From Somniosus microcephalus (Eukaryota), in assembly GCA_052327205.1 (NCBI GenBank), contig CM126206.1, positions 72,230,001 to 72,294,000 of the forward strand: a stretch of 64,000 nt of DNA, written 5' to 3'. Each line of letters opens with the position of its first letter. The first letter of the stretch is position 1. Below the pieces are notes generated by a model that had not been told where the DNA came from, made no database searches, and was given only the letters and a program-made list of their open reading frames with translations. Of this stretch, positions 60,859-64,000 are shown piece by piece. The translations under genes and the position numbers were made by a program.

Positions 60859-62311
60859 AATGTTCCTTTTGTTACCTGATGTCTCTACATTTTGCATCGT
60901 TTTTATAAATCGCTAAAGCCTTTACATTTTGTACGCTATTCGGAATGCTCTGCAAAATAACTAAAGATTTTTAGGGTAAATTGCATAACAGTATTCGAGT
61001 GTCTACCTCTTTTTTTTGGGGGGGGAGCTGAACGCGTCTTTGGCCAGCAGCTAATATGAAACACCCACAACCTCTGTTCTCGCATAAAGAAATAATACAT
61101 TCGAACCTACGTGAAATAATGACATATTAGCGGCTAAAATATGAGGATATTTTTGTGTGCACCTTTTCTTTCAATAGCGGCCGCGCAAAATAATCAATTA
61201 CAAATGTAAAAACCTCAGTAAATTCGGCTGTCTAACTATACTGAGCAGTGGAAGGACATCACGTCTCAACATTCACGTTGTGTTGCCCGAGAAGAAAAAA
61301 TAATCGCCTCTATCCCGTAGCATGTCGTACACAACAAAATTCAGGATTGCTGATGCATAAAGAGACGTAAATCGTGCAGTGCAAAAGGCGAGTCTCCGTA
61401 TTCAGTTTTTCGGCCGATACCACAACAGGGCTTCGTACTTCAGTAAATATTGTCGGGTCAGACAGATGTTTGCAATTGCTCTTCAGCTATAAACACGATG
61501 ACATCTGAAAGAATTACAGAAGTAACATTTCTCCAAGCGCAATAGAAACGTTTCAATTATACCGACAAAACACAAAGTAAAAATGGCAAAGAAATATGCT
61601 TCAAGCGTATATGCTTCAATATCTAAATAGTCAAGAGAGATGCTTTAAGACCTTTCGATGATATGATGTTTAAAACTATTCATTGCAAAATTCTCCATTT
61701 TTAAACATTTGATTTTATTAGTTTTTGTAGTTTTGAGGCAGACGTCCTGGATACTAAACATTGTAACATAAATACAGATTACATCAAAACATTTTATGTG
61801 TGAAAAGAATCAATTACAACTGCTTAGGACGGTGTCGTGCATCATTAGAAGGAATGGTATTTAATTTACTCTGTTCAATCCTTCGCTTATTGTATCCAGG
61901 CAAAATGCAAAAAGAACGTGACCTATATATTAACTAAGTTTTCAATATACAGAAGACCTGCAGTCTAAATGTTGCATAAACTCCTGTCGATTACATTACT
62001 TACACTCTCCTCTCACAGTTACACTGCCTATTGTCAAAGACCCATCAACAACAATATGGGATATAAATGATTTTTAATATATGGTCTGAAAAACACTGTA
62101 CCATTTCTAAATGTTGACCATTTAAGCATTTGTGTGCTTTGTTGTGCTTTCGCGCCATTTTTGTTTTTACTTAAATCTGATTACATTTTTACAAGTTTTG
62201 TTTCTACAATTTTAAACCCACCAATACCCGTCCTGTCAAAACATAAGCAAAATGTATTTAACCTATTCCAGTACGCGTACATTCCAGCTTATATATAATT
62301 ATTGTACCTGA

Positions 62312-62382
62312 TTGGCTCTAAAGCGTTTTGGGACGTCCTGAGGTCGTGAAAGGCGCTATAGAAATGCAAGTCTTTTTTTTAT
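62312..62382 (+). mobile_element. SacSINE1-like 3' tail fragment
   Basis: attggctctaaagcgttttgggacgtcctgaggtcgtgaaaggcgctatagaaatgcaagtcttt matches the tail at 9455-9520. Confidence 0.8.
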
Positions 62383-64000
62383 TGCTGAGCGCTGTTACGT
62401 TTGTCAAATGTAATGGAACTTTCAGATTTGATCGTTAAGCCATCTTTTCTCCCCAAAATTAACATTTGAAAATAATGCAAGAAGAATTACTTCTGAAAGT
62501 GACAGTAGGGGAGTCATGCCACAGAAATGGATTGTGCGCCCATAAATTTAGAACGTGCAGAAAGAAAAACGACTTAATTTGTACCTGCATTGTACTTCTG
62601 AGCATTTCATTTGCAAAACGCACTGTTGTTTATTTAAATTGTTATTTAAATATAATGCAGTCTGTGCATTTACAGGAGCGATTATGTAGGAATGTAACGA
62701 TAAAATTACTTAAGTACTTTAAGAAATACAGTTTTAATTTACACAATAGACTTCGGCAATTACATTGAACACTTTTGTTCATAGGATATTAACGGCCAGA
62801 ATTTGAAATGGTTTTCCTATGTTTTAATAACTTGGGTTTTACAGGCAGAGCAGAACTAATGTAATGCCCGATCGGGAAGCAAGGGGCACACAGCATAACA
62901 TTTACTGTACTTTAAGCAGTCAGTCCGATTTAACCAAGTTCACTCAGAACAGGAAGCCGGCAAGCAAACCCCTTTAGAAAGCATGTCACTGTGCTGCATT
63001 TCGAAAATACACCAAACCTTTCAAATATTGTTTCTCCATCTGTAATTTATAGTTATGGTTATCTATTTATCTTAACACTGTTGTCTTATGTACTAAATAC
63101 TGGACTAGAAGAGGACAATTGCACCAAAGGAAATAGATAGGACCATGCCATTCAACAATACATTGGCTAAAGGAATATTTTTCTGGCCCACTAACCCTGT
63201 ATCAAAAATAAAGAAAAGTTGTATTTGAACTACATTTACCTTTACTAACAAGTCACTCTTGCTGCAGAATCTTGTATACTTCTAATTATATAAAATAAAA
63301 AGTCAAATCGAGTTATTTTACTGAGGGAGAGTGGCTGAAAATTGCAGCATTTATTTGAGTTACCAGTAAAATACAGCAATATCTGGTGGAATGTTGTACA
63401 TTTCAAGAAGAAAAAAGTTTATTTTTGTACTTCGTTTGAGATGTAAACCAAGTCCCCGTGCCAAGAAGCAGTTATTGAAATCTCTTAATGTTGCAAAAAA
63501 AATGTTTATTAATTCCAGTGAGGACAGCTGAGCTCTTAAGTGCGAAATGACAAGAGGAGGGATTCACTCATGTCGGAAAAGAATGGAAATGAAACCTTCA
63601 CAAATATAATCACTGTGAAATAAGTCGATCCCTTTTCAGCAACTAATGCTGCAGGGGTCGGTAGATTTTGATTATGCTGTTCAATTTAGAGAGTATTAAG
63701 ATGTCATGAATTACATTTGGACATGTCCATGAAACGTTTGTGCTCATTTATGACCGTAGAACAGGGTCAGCAATAACAAGCAACTACCAACAAAGTTGTC
63801 GATCTAGTGGGGAAAAATGGAACGTTAGGGTAAATGAAAATAAATGGGGAGAAGAAAAATGTATAACCACTTCAAGGTGCAATTGCTGTAAGAGAAACAT
63901 AACCAATCTCAAGAATTTAAATATCATGGCTTATGACAAAGTTTCCTGAAGAATAGCTTTTCTGTTTACCTTTTCTTTGGGCTGGTTTACGCTGTTTAGT

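Overview
Vertebrate genomic DNA, almost certainly a cartilaginous fish (shark), judged from its repeats: SacSINE1/Deu-type SINEs, CR1 LINEs, Penelope-like elements and Harbinger transposons. The window holds the COMMD3-BMI1-SPAG6 block, all on the minus strand: complete COMMD3 (8 exons, 195 aa), complete BMI1/PCGF4 (non-coding exon 1 plus 9 coding exons, 325 aa) and the first two coding exons of SPAG6. A solitary tRNA-Asn(GTT) lies about 15 kb upstream of COMMD3 on the plus strand. SPAG6 intron 2 (1-8.9 kb) is a nest of mobile elements: a decayed Harbinger transposon and a young CR1 inserted into a Penelope-like element that carries a minimal hammerhead ribozyme motif. The most interesting non-routine signals are: (i) a short strong-Kozak uORF (MAAWLRFIFSP*) in BMI1 exon 1 that matches my recollection of the human BMI1 leader; (ii) two acceptors 7 nt apart at BMI1 exon 2, one putting COMMD3 exons in frame with BMI1 and the other putting an exon-1 upstream ATG in frame; (iii) a miR-128 8-mer site in the BMI1 3'UTR; (iv) a broad CpG-retaining, repeat-poor domain around BMI1; (v) a locally duplicated ~230-bp unit of unknown function. 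I found no evidence for a wholly new protein-coding system. Comparisons with human sequence are from memory and need alignment.
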